Source of the DNA: Anaerolineae bacterium
GTDB lineage: Bacteria > Chloroflexota > Anaerolineae > CG2-30-64-16
Length of the DNA stretch: 42,487 bases
Assembly: GCA_025454635.1 (NCBI GenBank)
Contig: JALOOB010000002.1
Coordinates: 1-42,487, forward strand
Direction of reading: 5' to 3'
Within the stretch, counting starts at the first letter, position 1. Every line of letters starts with the position of its first letter. The notes below the pieces were generated by a model. The model was given only the letters and a program-made list of their open reading frames with translations. It made no database searches and was not told the DNA's origin. Of the stretch, positions 20,949 to 32,097 are shown one piece after another. A program made the translations under genes and the position numbers.

Positions 20949-22820
20949 TCAGCGGACGCGAATCTCCGCCAGCGTCACCGCGTCGCGCCCATCTTCGGTT
21001 ATCTGTCGCGGCTGCCCCTCCGCGTCCCCGTCGTAGAGCGCCAGAATCAGCCGGTAAGTGCCGGGCGGCAACGAAGCAGGCAGCCGGACGCCGTGACTGC
21101 TTCGCCCCCGGGTGATTTCGAGCGGCGCGTCGCTCTGCGCGACGAGCGCGCCGCCCTCATCGAGCAGTTGCAGCGTAATCTTGACCCCTGCCGGCAACTG
21201 GTCGCGCGGCCCTGACCATTGCAGATGAATGCCGAGCAGCGAGCCGGGGGCGACAAGCGCGCCCGGTTGCAGGCCGACCGTGTCGAGCCGGAGGCCGCCC
21301 TGGAATGTCGCGCTGAGCGGCTGCGCGGCATCGGGTGGAAGCTCCCCAACGACAACTTCGCGGCCGGCCACGCTTAGCGTCTGGATGATGTCGTAACGAG
21401 ATGCCAATGCAGCGCGCGCGATCCTGTCGCCGTCCCACCCGTCGCCCGACGCGAGCGGAACCACGACGCGATCGACCCCGGCTTGGACGAGATCCTCCGT
21501 CACTCGCTCGGCGCCGGCCGTATCTCCGGGCGCGAAGGGGATCGCCCAGCGCGTCTCTTGCTGTGGGTAGTAGTACCAGAGCGTCGGATCAGCGCCGTTC
21601 ACGAGGACCCAGGCTCGCGCGGGGTCAAATCCATCAGTGAGCGCGGTCAATTCCCTGACCAACTCGCGCCACCCGCGCGATTTGCTGTAGGCCGGGTCGA
21701 ACAGGTAGTGCGCGCTCGCAATGAGCGACAGAATCACCAGGACGCCGGTGAGCGCGGCCGCGACCTCGCGTTCCGGCCGCGGCTGCCGCCGCTCGACGGC
21801 TGCGGCCAGCAGGAGGATCAGGCCGGGCAGGGCCGCGACCAGATAGCGCTCGTTGAAGATCGGCCGGCCGCGGCTGCTGAGCCACGTTGCGGCGAGCGGG
21901 ACGACCAACAGCAGCGCGGCGAACGCCAGGTCGCGCCCGGTGTCGCTGCGCCGCCGTAGCGCGCCGGCGATCAGGAGGAGCAGGATCGCCGCAGCGGTCA
22001 GCGCAGCCGCGTTGCGCACGGGGAGCGGGGCCATTTCGCCTGCGGTGAGGGCGCGCGCGGTGCGCAGGAGCGCGTCGAGCAGGCCCGGCGAATCGCCGTT
22101 GCCGCGATAACCGGTGAGCGTGTCACGCGCGACAATCAACCAGGGGAGAAACAGCGCAAAGAGGGCGGTTTGCGCGGCCACCCAGTATCTGAGCGGACGC
22201 CAGAACCTGCCGGTTTTTGCGCCCCGAATTGCGCGCCAAGCCACCCAGGCATTCTGCGCGACGATCACAAACGCGGCGAAGTAGTGGGTGTGGAGCGCAA
22301 GTAGGCTAGACAGCACGTAGGCAGCCCCTGTGCCGAATCGCGGCCGGCGGAAGAAGGCAATCGCCAGCGCCGAACTGAGCAGGGTCAGCGCGAGGCTCAT
22401 GCTGTACATCCGCGCATCCTGGCTGTGCCAGAGAGCGTACGGGCTGAGCGCAAGCAGCCAAGCCGCGAGCGCAGACGCGCGCCCACTGAGGCCAATGCGG
22501 CGCGCGAGCGCGTAAATCAGCGCAATGCTGAGTGTCCCGAAAAATAGGCTGGTGAACCGCAGCGCGAACTCGGAGTGACCGGCTGCGTCAAGCCAGTGAT
22601 GCTGGATCCAGTACGAGGCAACGGGGTGCGGCTCGCGTAGTTCGAGCGTGCCGGACACAATTCGGCCTAGGCCGTTGAGGCTGAAGAAGTAGCCGAACGT
22701 CTCATCCCCGCGCAACTCCTGGTGGCCGAGACGGAAAGCGCGGAGCCCGAACCCGGCGAGGACGGCGAGCGTTGCGAGGACACGCGGCGCCAGGACGGCG
22801 CGCGCAGCGAGGCGGATCAT
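20949..22820 (-). CDS. GT-C fold glycosyltransferase (GT39/PMT-like) with extracytoplasmic C-terminal domain
   Basis: LRGDE after TM1, HPVASY, EFALRF, SQDARMY, ERY; multiple TMs; tail PASLPPGTYRLILALYD. Confidence 0.82.
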   Translation of the reverse strand: MIRLAARAVLAPRVLATLAVLAGFGLRAFRLGHQELRGDETFGYFFSLNGLGRIVSGTLELREPHPVASYWIQHHWLDAAGHSEFALRFTSLFFGTLSIALIYALARRIGLSGRASALAAWLLALSPYALWHSQDARMYSMSLALTLLSSALAIAFFRRPRFGTGAAYVLSSLLALHTHYFAAFVIVAQNAWVAWRAIRGAKTGRFWRPLRYWVAAQTALFALFLPWLIVARDTLTGYRGNGDSPGLLDALLRTARALTAGEMAPLPVRNAAALTAAAILLLLIAGALRRRSDTGRDLAFAALLLVVPLAATWLSSRGRPIFNERYLVAALPGLILLLAAAVERRQPRPEREVAAALTGVLVILSLIASAHYLFDPAYSKSRGWRELVRELTALTDGFDPARAWVLVNGADPTLWYYYPQQETRWAIPFAPGDTAGAERVTEDLVQAGVDRVVVPLASGDGWDGDRIARAALASRYDIIQTLSVAGREVVVGELPPDAAQPLSATFQGGLRLDTVGLQPGALVAPGSLLGIHLQWSGPRDQLPAGVKITLQLLDEGGALVAQSDAPLEITRGRSSHGVRLPASLPPGTYRLILALYDGDAEGQPRQITEDGRDAVTLAEIRVR

Positions 22821-25108
22821 GCGGGAGCGCGCAGCTCAGGCTCCGGCTTGCGCGCGGCGGCCCGGCTCTCCAGGATCAGCGCAGCGAGCAGCCCGACGGC
22901 CACGGCGAGAAGCGCAACGAGCGAGATAATCAGGCCAGTCGGGCGCGGCCGGAAAGCCAGCGTCACCGTGTGCGTGCCCGCAGGCATCGCTACCGCCCGG
23001 AGCACAGCGTCGGCAGTGAGGATCGGCGCCGGCGCATCGTCGATTGCCGCTTGCCAGCCGGGATACGCAATCTCGCTGAGGGTCAGGACGCACGGCGCAT
23101 CGGTCGTGACCTCGAGCGCGAGAAATTCGGGCGTCCGGCGTGTCCATTCTACCGTTCCCGCGCAGTTGGGATCAGGCGCAGGGTCGGGCGGGGCGGACAG
23201 GATCACGTCGGCCTGGGGATCGAAGCCGGGCGCCAGCACGCGGGCAAGCTGCCCATCGGCGGACGGCTCAACCGAAAAGCGGCCGTTCAACCACGCCCGC
23301 GGGCGGGGATCGTTCAAGCGATAGACATAAATAGGATTTCCGTCCCCGCCGGTCTGCTCGGCCAGGCGCTCCGCCGGCTCCTCGAGCTCGGGACGCCATG
23401 TGAACACGTACTTCACGCCGAGCAGTCGCCACAGCAGCGGCCGCGGCGCCTCGCGGAGCAGGCGGTCATAGGCTGTCAGCTTGAGGGGACTCGCGCCCGT
23501 GATCTCATCGAACCCGTATCCGTACCCGATGTGCTCCGTCAACGGCCCCTCGTTCGCTGTGCGAAAGACGCCTGTGTCTGCCCGAACCGCATCAAAGATC
23601 GGGCCGGGAGGGAACGGCTGCGCGGACGCGGCTGTGCCCGCGTGCTGCCCGCTGACCACGGTGAACAGATCGATCACTATGACAAGGATCATCAGCGCCG
23701 GCCGGCCGCTCCACACGGCCCCGCCTGCGGCGGCGAGCATCAGGCTAAGCCACATCGCCGCGGCGGTGAAGCCCCACAGCCCCTCGTTGCCGGCTTGATA
23801 GCCGATGAAGCACGCGGCGGCGAACACCAGCGCAGACATAGCCGCAATCCAGAAGCCCCTTGCGAGGCCTAATCCGGGCCGGGTATTGCTTCCGTCTGGC
23901 TTGCTTGTGAGCGAGCGGGCCAGGGCAGCCGCGCCGAACCCCGCAAGCATCGCAAGGCCGAAAACCACCCAGACAGCCAGCCGCTCCTGCCCGCGGAACA
24001 GCCGCCAGCCCGGCAGCGCCAGATACGCGAGCTGATAGACCGGGGTGATGTTGCCGAACGAGAGAAGCAAGCCCGCGCCTGCGAGTCCGCCGAAGAAGCC
24101 GACGAGGTCGCGCGGGAGAGCCAACGCCGGGTCGCGCCGAGCGGCGCCGAAAAGCGCGAAGATGGCGAGGCCGAGGGCAAGCACGCCGATGTAAAGCGCT
24201 GCGACGGGAGTGGCGATTTGCGGAAAAATGAACTGGATCAGGTCATACGGCATGAAGCCCGAGCCTGCCGCGTCGATGGTCAGGCCGGCGCGGGTGGACA
24301 GGCGCATGTATTCGAGCGCGGGGAGCAGTTGCGCGGCTGCCAGCGCCGCGCCGAGGGGCAGGAACGCGACGAGCGCGGCCAGCCTGCCCAGAACGGCGGG
24401 CCACGCGCGCGCGCGGGCCATCTGGAAGGCCCGGAACACGGCGAACGCCAGCCCGGCATAACCCACGAGCAGCGCCGATTGCGGATGACCGGCCGTCAGC
24501 GCGACGCCGAACACTAGTCCGGCCAGCAGCACGGGCAGGATCGCGCGCCGCGCCCTGTCCGCAGCAAGGTGACTCGCCGCGTGGTCGAGCGCGAGGAAGA
24601 GCCACGGGAGCCAGACCACGGTTTCGAGGATCGCAAGCTGGAGCAGCGGGTAGCTGGTGAGGTACGAGCCGAAGGTGAACGCGACCGCCGCGACCCACGC
24701 GCCAAAGCGGCTGCGGGTGAGCCGTCGCGCGAGGAAGTACATGCCGAACGCAGCAATGGGATAGTGAAGAATGCCTTCGAGTTGGAGCGCCTGGTAACTG
24801 AATCCGGCCGCCTGTGTGAGGGCAATCGTCAGCCGGGCGGGGGGGTAGTAGGCGCCCGACTGGATGTCCGCGAGGAACGGATGCCCGCTCAGCGCGTGGG
24901 GGCTCCAAAGCGGCAACTCGCCCTGAGACAACCGCTCGGCGCGATAGGAAGCGAACGCGTAGAATTGGTTGCCGAAATCACCCGCGGCAAATCCGCGGTG
25001 GTCGACGCCCGCGAAGGGCAGGCTGCGCCAGAAAAAGAGCAGGCAGAGCGCGGCCAACAACAGCAGGTCGAGCAGGGTGAGCAGGCGGGCGCGTCGCGTA
25101 GGAGTCAT
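22817..25108 (-). CDS. YfhO family membrane protein (putative GT-C glycosyltransferase)
   Basis: GELPLWSPHALSGHPFLAD...YYPP, GHPQ, C-terminal LSEIAYPGWQAAID...RAVAMPAGTHTVTLAFRP. Confidence 0.85.
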   Translation of the reverse strand: MTPTRRARLLTLLDLLLLAALCLLFFWRSLPFAGVDHRGFAAGDFGNQFYAFASYRAERLSQGELPLWSPHALSGHPFLADIQSGAYYPPARLTIALTQAAGFSYQALQLEGILHYPIAAFGMYFLARRLTRSRFGAWVAAVAFTFGSYLTSYPLLQLAILETVVWLPWLFLALDHAASHLAADRARRAILPVLLAGLVFGVALTAGHPQSALLVGYAGLAFAVFRAFQMARARAWPAVLGRLAALVAFLPLGAALAAAQLLPALEYMRLSTRAGLTIDAAGSGFMPYDLIQFIFPQIATPVAALYIGVLALGLAIFALFGAARRDPALALPRDLVGFFGGLAGAGLLLSFGNITPVYQLAYLALPGWRLFRGQERLAVWVVFGLAMLAGFGAAALARSLTSKPDGSNTRPGLGLARGFWIAAMSALVFAAACFIGYQAGNEGLWGFTAAAMWLSLMLAAAGGAVWSGRPALMILVIVIDLFTVVSGQHAGTAASAQPFPPGPIFDAVRADTGVFRTANEGPLTEHIGYGYGFDEITGASPLKLTAYDRLLREAPRPLLWRLLGVKYVFTWRPELEEPAERLAEQTGGDGNPIYVYRLNDPRPRAWLNGRFSVEPSADGQLARVLAPGFDPQADVILSAPPDPAPDPNCAGTVEWTRRTPEFLALEVTTDAPCVLTLSEIAYPGWQAAIDDAPAPILTADAVLRAVAMPAGTHTVTLAFRPRPTGLIISLVALLAVAVGLLAALILESRAAARKPEPELRAPA

Positions 25109-25128
25109 CGACGAGAAATGATAACAAA

Positions 25129-25237
25129 GAAGCCCGGTTTCTGCCAGAAATCGGGCTTCATGTGGCCAGACACGAAGGCGCTAGAGTCCGTCGACTTCGC
25201 TCAGGATGCTCTGTGCCCTCCGTGTCCTCTGTGGCAA
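25129..25237. repeat. Cluster of palindromic repeats between fhs and the YfhO-like gene
   Basis: GAAGCCCGGTTTCTG-C-CAGAAATCGGGCTTC (25129-25159), then GACACGAAGGCGCTAGAG ... CTCTGTGCC CTCCGTGTC CTCTGTGGC. Confidence 0.7.
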
Positions 25238-25242
25238 GAAAG

Positions 25243-27114
<1,872 letters not shown>

Positions 27115-27196
27115 GCTGAGACTACCTCCAGACAGGGGTTGAGGTTTGCGGTCGCGGTACAAGATCACACGATACAGTATGAGCCGGGGACTGCGC

Positions 27197-27212
27197 CATG
27201 ACTTTCGTCATG
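27197..27212. promoter_or_regulatory. Palindromic candidate operator
   Basis: CATGAC-TTTC-GTCATG between divergent fhs and HTH genes. Confidence 0.45.
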
Positions 27213-27416
27213 CGCGTTGGCGCGAGCATAACCTTAAAAATGCGCTATATTTGCGGTTTCCCGACCGTTTCAACCATTAATAGCGCGTCTTTTTGTCGAT
27301 TCGCGACGTCTTGATTGTCGTATCAGCGCAACGCCGCCATGCCTGACCCCAAACACAGTACACCAGGCGGCGCAACGCTCCGGAGAGACAGGACTCACTC
27401 CGCAGAGGAGGAACAG

Positions 27417-27881
27417 ATGGCGCTGTATTCGCGAGCGCTCAAGGCGGATGAACGACTCCGAATGGAAGAGCTGTTGGCCGACGAGGACGAAGAGCTGGCG
27501 CGCCGGGTGCGCATCGTCCTGATGTCGAGTCAACGGGAGGGCGTCCACGAGATCAGCGCAGCCGTCGGGCTGCACCCGATCAACGTTCGCAAATGGATTC
27601 ACCGCTTCAATAAGTACGGGCTGAAGGGTCTGTACCCACGACGTTCTCCCGGGCGGCCGCGGCTCTTCACGCGCGAGCAGCGGGATGCAATCGTCGGACT
27701 CGCCACAACCGATCCGCGGGTGCTGGGCCTCGAGTTCGACAACTGGTCGCTGCAGCGGCTGCGGACTCAACTCATCGAGCGCGGCGTCATGAACGACGTG
27801 AGCGCGGAAACCATTCGCCAGGAACTGCTGCGCAGCGGTCTGGTGTTCGACGAGCGGCGGTGGGTGTCGCTGGAGCGGTAG
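27417..27881 (+). CDS. Stand-alone HTH protein homologous to the DNA-binding N-terminus of IS630 transposases
   Basis: GAGGAGG SD; RRVRIVLMS, NVRKWIHRFN..GL.GL, PGRP, WSLQRL, SAETIRQ; no DDE domain follows. Confidence 0.8.
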   Translation: MALYSRALKADERLRMEELLADEDEELARRVRIVLMSSQREGVHEISAAVGLHPINVRKWIHRFNKYGLKGLYPRRSPGRPRLFTREQRDAIVGLATTDPRVLGLEFDNWSLQRLRTQLIERGVMNDVSAETIRQELLRSGLVFDERRWVSLER

Positions 27882-27928
27882 CCGCAAGGCGATATGCTCG
27901 CAATGATGCGCGCGCATGCGTTCACCGG

Positions 27929-30277
27929 TTACGGCTCGGCGAACGGGATCCAGGTCTTTAACATCGCGCCCGCTAACCCAGAGCGCGCCTCATAAATGGT
28001 CTTTGAAGTTTGCGCGATGTCCTGCACCCAGGCCACCGCCATGCCGCGTCCGGAGAGCGCGAGCGAAGCGCTGTGCGCGGAGCCGGCCGGACCGGGCAGC
28101 GGCTCGGCAGCAGGCCATACTTGCGCGCCCAAGGGCGCCGAGGTCAGCTGGGGCGCGTTTTGGTCGTCCCACGTGGCGAAGAGCATGTTGTCCGCGCCGA
28201 GGTGGAGCGTCAGGCCGCTCGCGCGGGCTTGTTTCGGTCCAAGATTGACCGGCGCGGGCCAATAGTGGTCGCGCCCGAAGTCGTAGCGCGGCTGCCGGTC
28301 GCCATCGATCCAGCCAAGGTGAGCGTTGCCGTCTGGCCCTGCGACAAGGCTCGGGTCCTTTGATTCGGAGCCCGGGCTGTAACTCGCGTTGTCCGAGATG
28401 TTGACAGGTAGAAACCAGCCGGCCGCTGTCTGTTCCGAACCGAAGATATTGAGGATGCCGAGCGAGTCCGCGGGAGTGGGCACTCGGGCGTGCCAGGCCA
28501 CGAACAGATTGCCGTCGCGGAGCACTGCCAGACTTGGGCTGCTGCCGTTCGCATTTGGCACGGGGTAGTTGATCCAGAACTTGCCGTCAAACTGCCCGGT
28601 ATGCACCATCCATGCGCCCGACGTGTGATCCGTCCATGCGACATATAGTCCGCCGCTCTTGTCAGCCGCAAGCGCGGGCGCATTTGAGCTGCCGCTTGTG
28701 CTGGATACCTGTTTTGGCAGGGTCCACTGACTCCCCGGCTTGAGCATGACGTGATAGATATCGGAGCTCTCGAGGAAGCTGCTGACGTACGTCACGTGGA
28801 GCGTGCCTGCGGCATCAAAGATGGCCGTCGGGGCGGCGCCCTTCGCGAGTTTCTTCGGGGTTCCCCACGCCTCTCTCGGCGCCTGGACCATGTGGTAGAT
28901 GAACCCGTTCGACTCGTACACGAGATGCGCGGCGCCACTTTCGCTCAATAGCAGGGTGGGCGGACCGCCCGGATTCACGTCGCTCACCACGCTGGTCGGG
29001 CCGACCCAACTTACCGACGCGATGGCGCTTCTGCTGCCCGCAGGCGCTGCAAGCCGGGCCGCGTCGTCCTTCGTGGCCGCGCGTACCGACTTCACCACGA
29101 GCACTCCGCTTCTGAGCCGTACGCCGGTTACCACGACCGTCTCCTGCCCTACCGTCGCGGCGCTGCGCGCAAGGCGCGCCTGCTCGGCAAGTTCGTTCGA
29201 CGGCAGGTACACCGGTTGGCCATTGAGGCTCCACAGCCCATCTGCCATGCCTGGGAGCAGCCGGCCCGCGTTCTCGGCGGGCGCCGGCTGGTCAAGCCAG
29301 ATCATCTCCGCCTTGACGTCGACAGCATTGACTTTGCTGCCGTCGATGAAAGCCTCGATCTCCGGCTGTATGCTTGCGCGGTCTTCGCCTACGTAAGTGT
29401 CGTCCGCGACCAACACGTGGCGGATCAGCGGCCGTCCGGTCTCGAAGGTGACAACTTCCCAGGTCGACTCGTCTTCGCCGAAGCCCTCGATGGAGTTGAC
29501 GTAGGCGTCAAGACGCGCCTCGCGGGACAGGTCGATCACCTCGATGCGTTCTGCGACCAGCGTGCCGTCGCTCGCAACGAGCGCTCGCACCTGCACCCAG
29601 TCACCCTGTTTGATGCGGTTCGCGTCCGCAGCCTGCAGAATGATGCTCCGACCGTCGACGACGATCACTCCGTCTGCCGCGCGTTCGACAGTGCCTTCCA
29701 GGTTGACGGCGACCTGGTCCGCATCGACCGCAAGGACCTCGATCGACAGAGCGAAAACGCCCACGCCCTGCCGGGACCCTGTGACGCGCACCTGCGCGTA
29801 GAGCGGGGGCTCTGTCGGGCGGAGCGTTTCTTCATCGTAGTAGACTTCCGTCCCACTGACCAATGCGAATTGGGGGTTTTGGCTGAACTTGGTGAGCACA
29901 CCGACGAACTGGAGCGGGGGGGCTGCAGATCCGGTGGGGCGGAGCACATGGAGCACATCGGCGGTCACGGTGTCCGCCGCCATGTCGCCCCAGACGGCTA
30001 CCCACGCGCCCGCTTCCATCCGGCCGCGGCGTTCGTTGATGCCCGTTTGCGGAGTTATGGCAATGATCGTGTTCTCGACGAGCCACTGACCGTCAACCAG
30101 GCGAATGAACCCCTCGATGCGCGTGGGGACCGTTTCCGCGTCGTCTGCTGCGCTGACAGCGCGCGGGGCGGCGGTATTCGCGGAGACGGGCGCCGCGGTC
30201 AGAACGGCCAACAGCGCCAGGACCAGGCAGACGGCCCATCGCGGGCCGCGCCCTCGAGGGCGACGATCCGAATTCAC
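27929..30277 (-). CDS. Secreted protein with DUF5666-like repeats and C-terminal beta-propeller-like repeats
   Basis: GGGAG SD and GTG; signal peptide (RR.RGR, hydrophobic, VSA); repeated EG.V...GDWVQVRA...AERIEV units; repeated P.LA.D..G.LYVAW blades. Confidence 0.75.
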   Translation of the reverse strand: MNSDRRPRGRGPRWAVCLVLALLAVLTAAPVSANTAAPRAVSAADDAETVPTRIEGFIRLVDGQWLVENTIIAITPQTGINERRGRMEAGAWVAVWGDMAADTVTADVLHVLRPTGSAAPPLQFVGVLTKFSQNPQFALVSGTEVYYDEETLRPTEPPLYAQVRVTGSRQGVGVFALSIEVLAVDADQVAVNLEGTVERAADGVIVVDGRSIILQAADANRIKQGDWVQVRALVASDGTLVAERIEVIDLSREARLDAYVNSIEGFGEDESTWEVVTFETGRPLIRHVLVADDTYVGEDRASIQPEIEAFIDGSKVNAVDVKAEMIWLDQPAPAENAGRLLPGMADGLWSLNGQPVYLPSNELAEQARLARSAATVGQETVVVTGVRLRSGVLVVKSVRAATKDDAARLAAPAGSRSAIASVSWVGPTSVVSDVNPGGPPTLLLSESGAAHLVYESNGFIYHMVQAPREAWGTPKKLAKGAAPTAIFDAAGTLHVTYVSSFLESSDIYHVMLKPGSQWTLPKQVSSTSGSSNAPALAADKSGGLYVAWTDHTSGAWMVHTGQFDGKFWINYPVPNANGSSPSLAVLRDGNLFVAWHARVPTPADSLGILNIFGSEQTAAGWFLPVNISDNASYSPGSESKDPSLVAGPDGNAHLGWIDGDRQPRYDFGRDHYWPAPVNLGPKQARASGLTLHLGADNMLFATWDDQNAPQLTSAPLGAQVWPAAEPLPGPAGSAHSASLALSGRGMAVAWVQDIAQTSKTIYEARSGLAGAMLKTWIPFAEP

Positions 30278-30321
30278 GAGTGCTCCCAACCTTTTTAGGT
30301 ATGGGCGTCGCAGTCGGGTCG

Positions 30322-32097
30322 CTAGGGGGCAGTGGCGGTGGCAGGCGGCTCAACAGTTGCCGTGTCTGTCGGCGACGGAACGCTCGTGGGCGTCTCCGTG
30401 GGCACAGGCGACGGCGTAACGGTCGGCTCAAACACGACGAGTACCGTCGCGGTCAAGCTGCCGTCAGGGGACTGCAGGGCTTGGCAAGCGGCGGCCTTTC
30501 CGGCCGCCGGAGAACCGATGATCTGCGTCTGGCCGTTGATGGCGATGACCCAGCCATCGATTGTGATCGACGAGCCGGTATAGCTCTCGATCGTTCCGTC
30601 AATCTGGACTGTTTCAAAACGGACGGCTTCGATCCGTGTGGCTCGCAGCTCGCCCGTGTTGTACTTCAGGCCCTTGACATTCGCGAAGTCGCCCACGGCG
30701 GGGCTGTTGACGAGCTCAGTCTCGCCTGTCACCCGGATCCGGCTGCCCCCGATAGTCCACCACTCCCCGTCGATGCTCTTGATGTAATCGCTGAACTCAT
30801 ACGGCGTGGGCGGGGCGTCGGGCGGGGCCGTGACCACGATGCTCAACGCAAGCGGCCGGTTCGCGGGTCGATCGAGCGCCTCGCAGTCGACTGTTGCGCC
30901 GACGACCGCCGAACCTACAAGCTGCGTCGAAGAGTTAACCTCGACCTCGCTTCCGCCGATGGACCACACGCTCCCGTTCATCGAGATGATCGGGCCGACA
31001 ATCCGCACCTTCACGGTCGGTCGGGGCGGAACGGTCGCGGTCGCGGTTGCCGTTGCTGTGGGCGTTGGTGTCGAAGTGCGTGTCAGTGTCGGCGTCCGCG
31101 TTGGCGTGTTGGTTAGCGTCGGCGTCGGCGTCTTGGTGACGACGGGCGGGTCGCTGGGCTCGACCGGCGTGAGGCCGGGCAGAGACAGCGAACCGGGCGT
31201 TGCCGTCGACGTAGCTGGCGGAGCGGGCGTTTCCGTGGCCGTCGGGCTGCTCGTCGGCACTGGGCTTGCTGGCGCCGGCGAAGGAGCAGGAGTCGGATCC
31301 ACGGTCAGCGATTGGATGCTGCTGCTAGCCGTCGGCTCGACTGCCGCAGAGACCAGCACCAACGTCCCATCGCCTGGCGCCCGGAGCACAGCATCGACTC
31401 GACCGCCCCGCTCCACGTTCCCCTGGATCTTCGAGTTAGGCGTCACTGCGATGCTCAGTCCGGACACGACCCACTGCTGCTCGTCGAATGATTCGAGAGT
31501 GCCCTGCAGTCTTAAGTTGTCAATGAGCCGCCTGCGTTCGACAACAGCCTTAGCTTCATCGACGCGGCGCTGGCCATATGCGGCGCGCAACTCGTCACGG
31601 GTTTGATCTTCCAGCGTCAGAGCCAACCTCGCGTTCTCGGTGGCGGTCTTGACGCCGTAGAGGAAGTCGCCCGGCAGTGCGCTCGCAGCCAGGGTAACGC
31701 TACCAGAAAAGACTATACCACTAATAATTACAATTAGCAAAATCGCGAAAAGGCCCACGGGGCGCCTGGATGGAGCGCCAAAAGTAGCCCCCGGCGCCAG
31801 CGCCGTTAGGAGTTTTTGCCACCAGGGAATGGCCGCGGGGACGATGCCGCGGCGCGGCTGCAGCGCGAAGACCGCCTGCATGAAGGTATTGCGGGAGGCG
31901 AGCGCGACGTCGGCCGCGCGTGGGGGCACGGGGATGCGTTGAGCGCGGACGCCGGAGACGGTGCGCAGCATGGGTTCGAGGACGGCCGCGTCGTCGGGGT
32001 AGCGCGCGAGGCAGTCGGGGATGCCGGCGCCCGACATCAGCATGTCGACGCATTCAGCCAGCAGGCCGCTGATTCGTTCCTCGTCGCCCGGCATCAT
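30322..32097 (-). CDS. Putative membrane anti-sigma factor (DUF5667/DUF5666-like domains, Pro/Thr linkers)
   Basis: ATGA-coupled to the sigma gene; cytoplasmic CLARYP segment, one TM, ALPGDFLYGVKTATE, QRRVDEA, repeated G.I.S..G..W.IGG units, PT-rich linkers. Confidence 0.75.
   Translation of the reverse strand: MMPGDEERISGLLAECVDMLMSGAGIPDCLARYPDDAAVLEPMLRTVSGVRAQRIPVPPRAADVALASRNTFMQAVFALQPRRGIVPAAIPWWQKLLTALAPGATFGAPSRRPVGLFAILLIVIISGIVFSGSVTLAASALPGDFLYGVKTATENARLALTLEDQTRDELRAAYGQRRVDEAKAVVERRRLIDNLRLQGTLESFDEQQWVVSGLSIAVTPNSKIQGNVERGGRVDAVLRAPGDGTLVLVSAAVEPTASSSIQSLTVDPTPAPSPAPASPVPTSSPTATETPAPPATSTATPGSLSLPGLTPVEPSDPPVVTKTPTPTLTNTPTRTPTLTRTSTPTPTATATATATVPPRPTVKVRIVGPIISMNGSVWSIGGSEVEVNSSTQLVGSAVVGATVDCEALDRPANRPLALSIVVTAPPDAPPTPYEFSDYIKSIDGEWWTIGGSRIRVTGETELVNSPAVGDFANVKGLKYNTGELRATRIEAVRFETVQIDGTIESYTGSSITIDGWVIAINGQTQIIGSPAAGKAAACQALQSPDGSLTATVLVVFEPTVTPSPVPTETPTSVPSPTDTATVEPPATATAP

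Noticed and set aside
27115-27300. ZTP or THF riboswitch upstream of fhs
   Set aside because: Conserved aptamer motifs are not visible on the minus strand.
27300-27928. Intact IS630 element
   Set aside because: No DDE ORF, frameshift continuation or terminal inverted repeats.
30290-30335. Possible frameshift at the C5 run ending the anti-sigma gene (PSDPTATPIP continues in another frame)
   Set aside because: The shifted frame would run about 180 nt into the next gene; the existing stop is plausible and cannot be tested without reads.
31030-31310. Repetitive GGCGTC/GGCGTT DNA as a possible CRISPR or tandem array
   Set aside because: It encodes the Pro/Thr linker; there is no repeat-spacer structure.
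31700-31750. AT-rich patch inside the anti-sigma gene
   Set aside because: It coincides with Ile/Leu/Phe codons of the TM helix; insufficient evidence for a promoter or foreign DNA.
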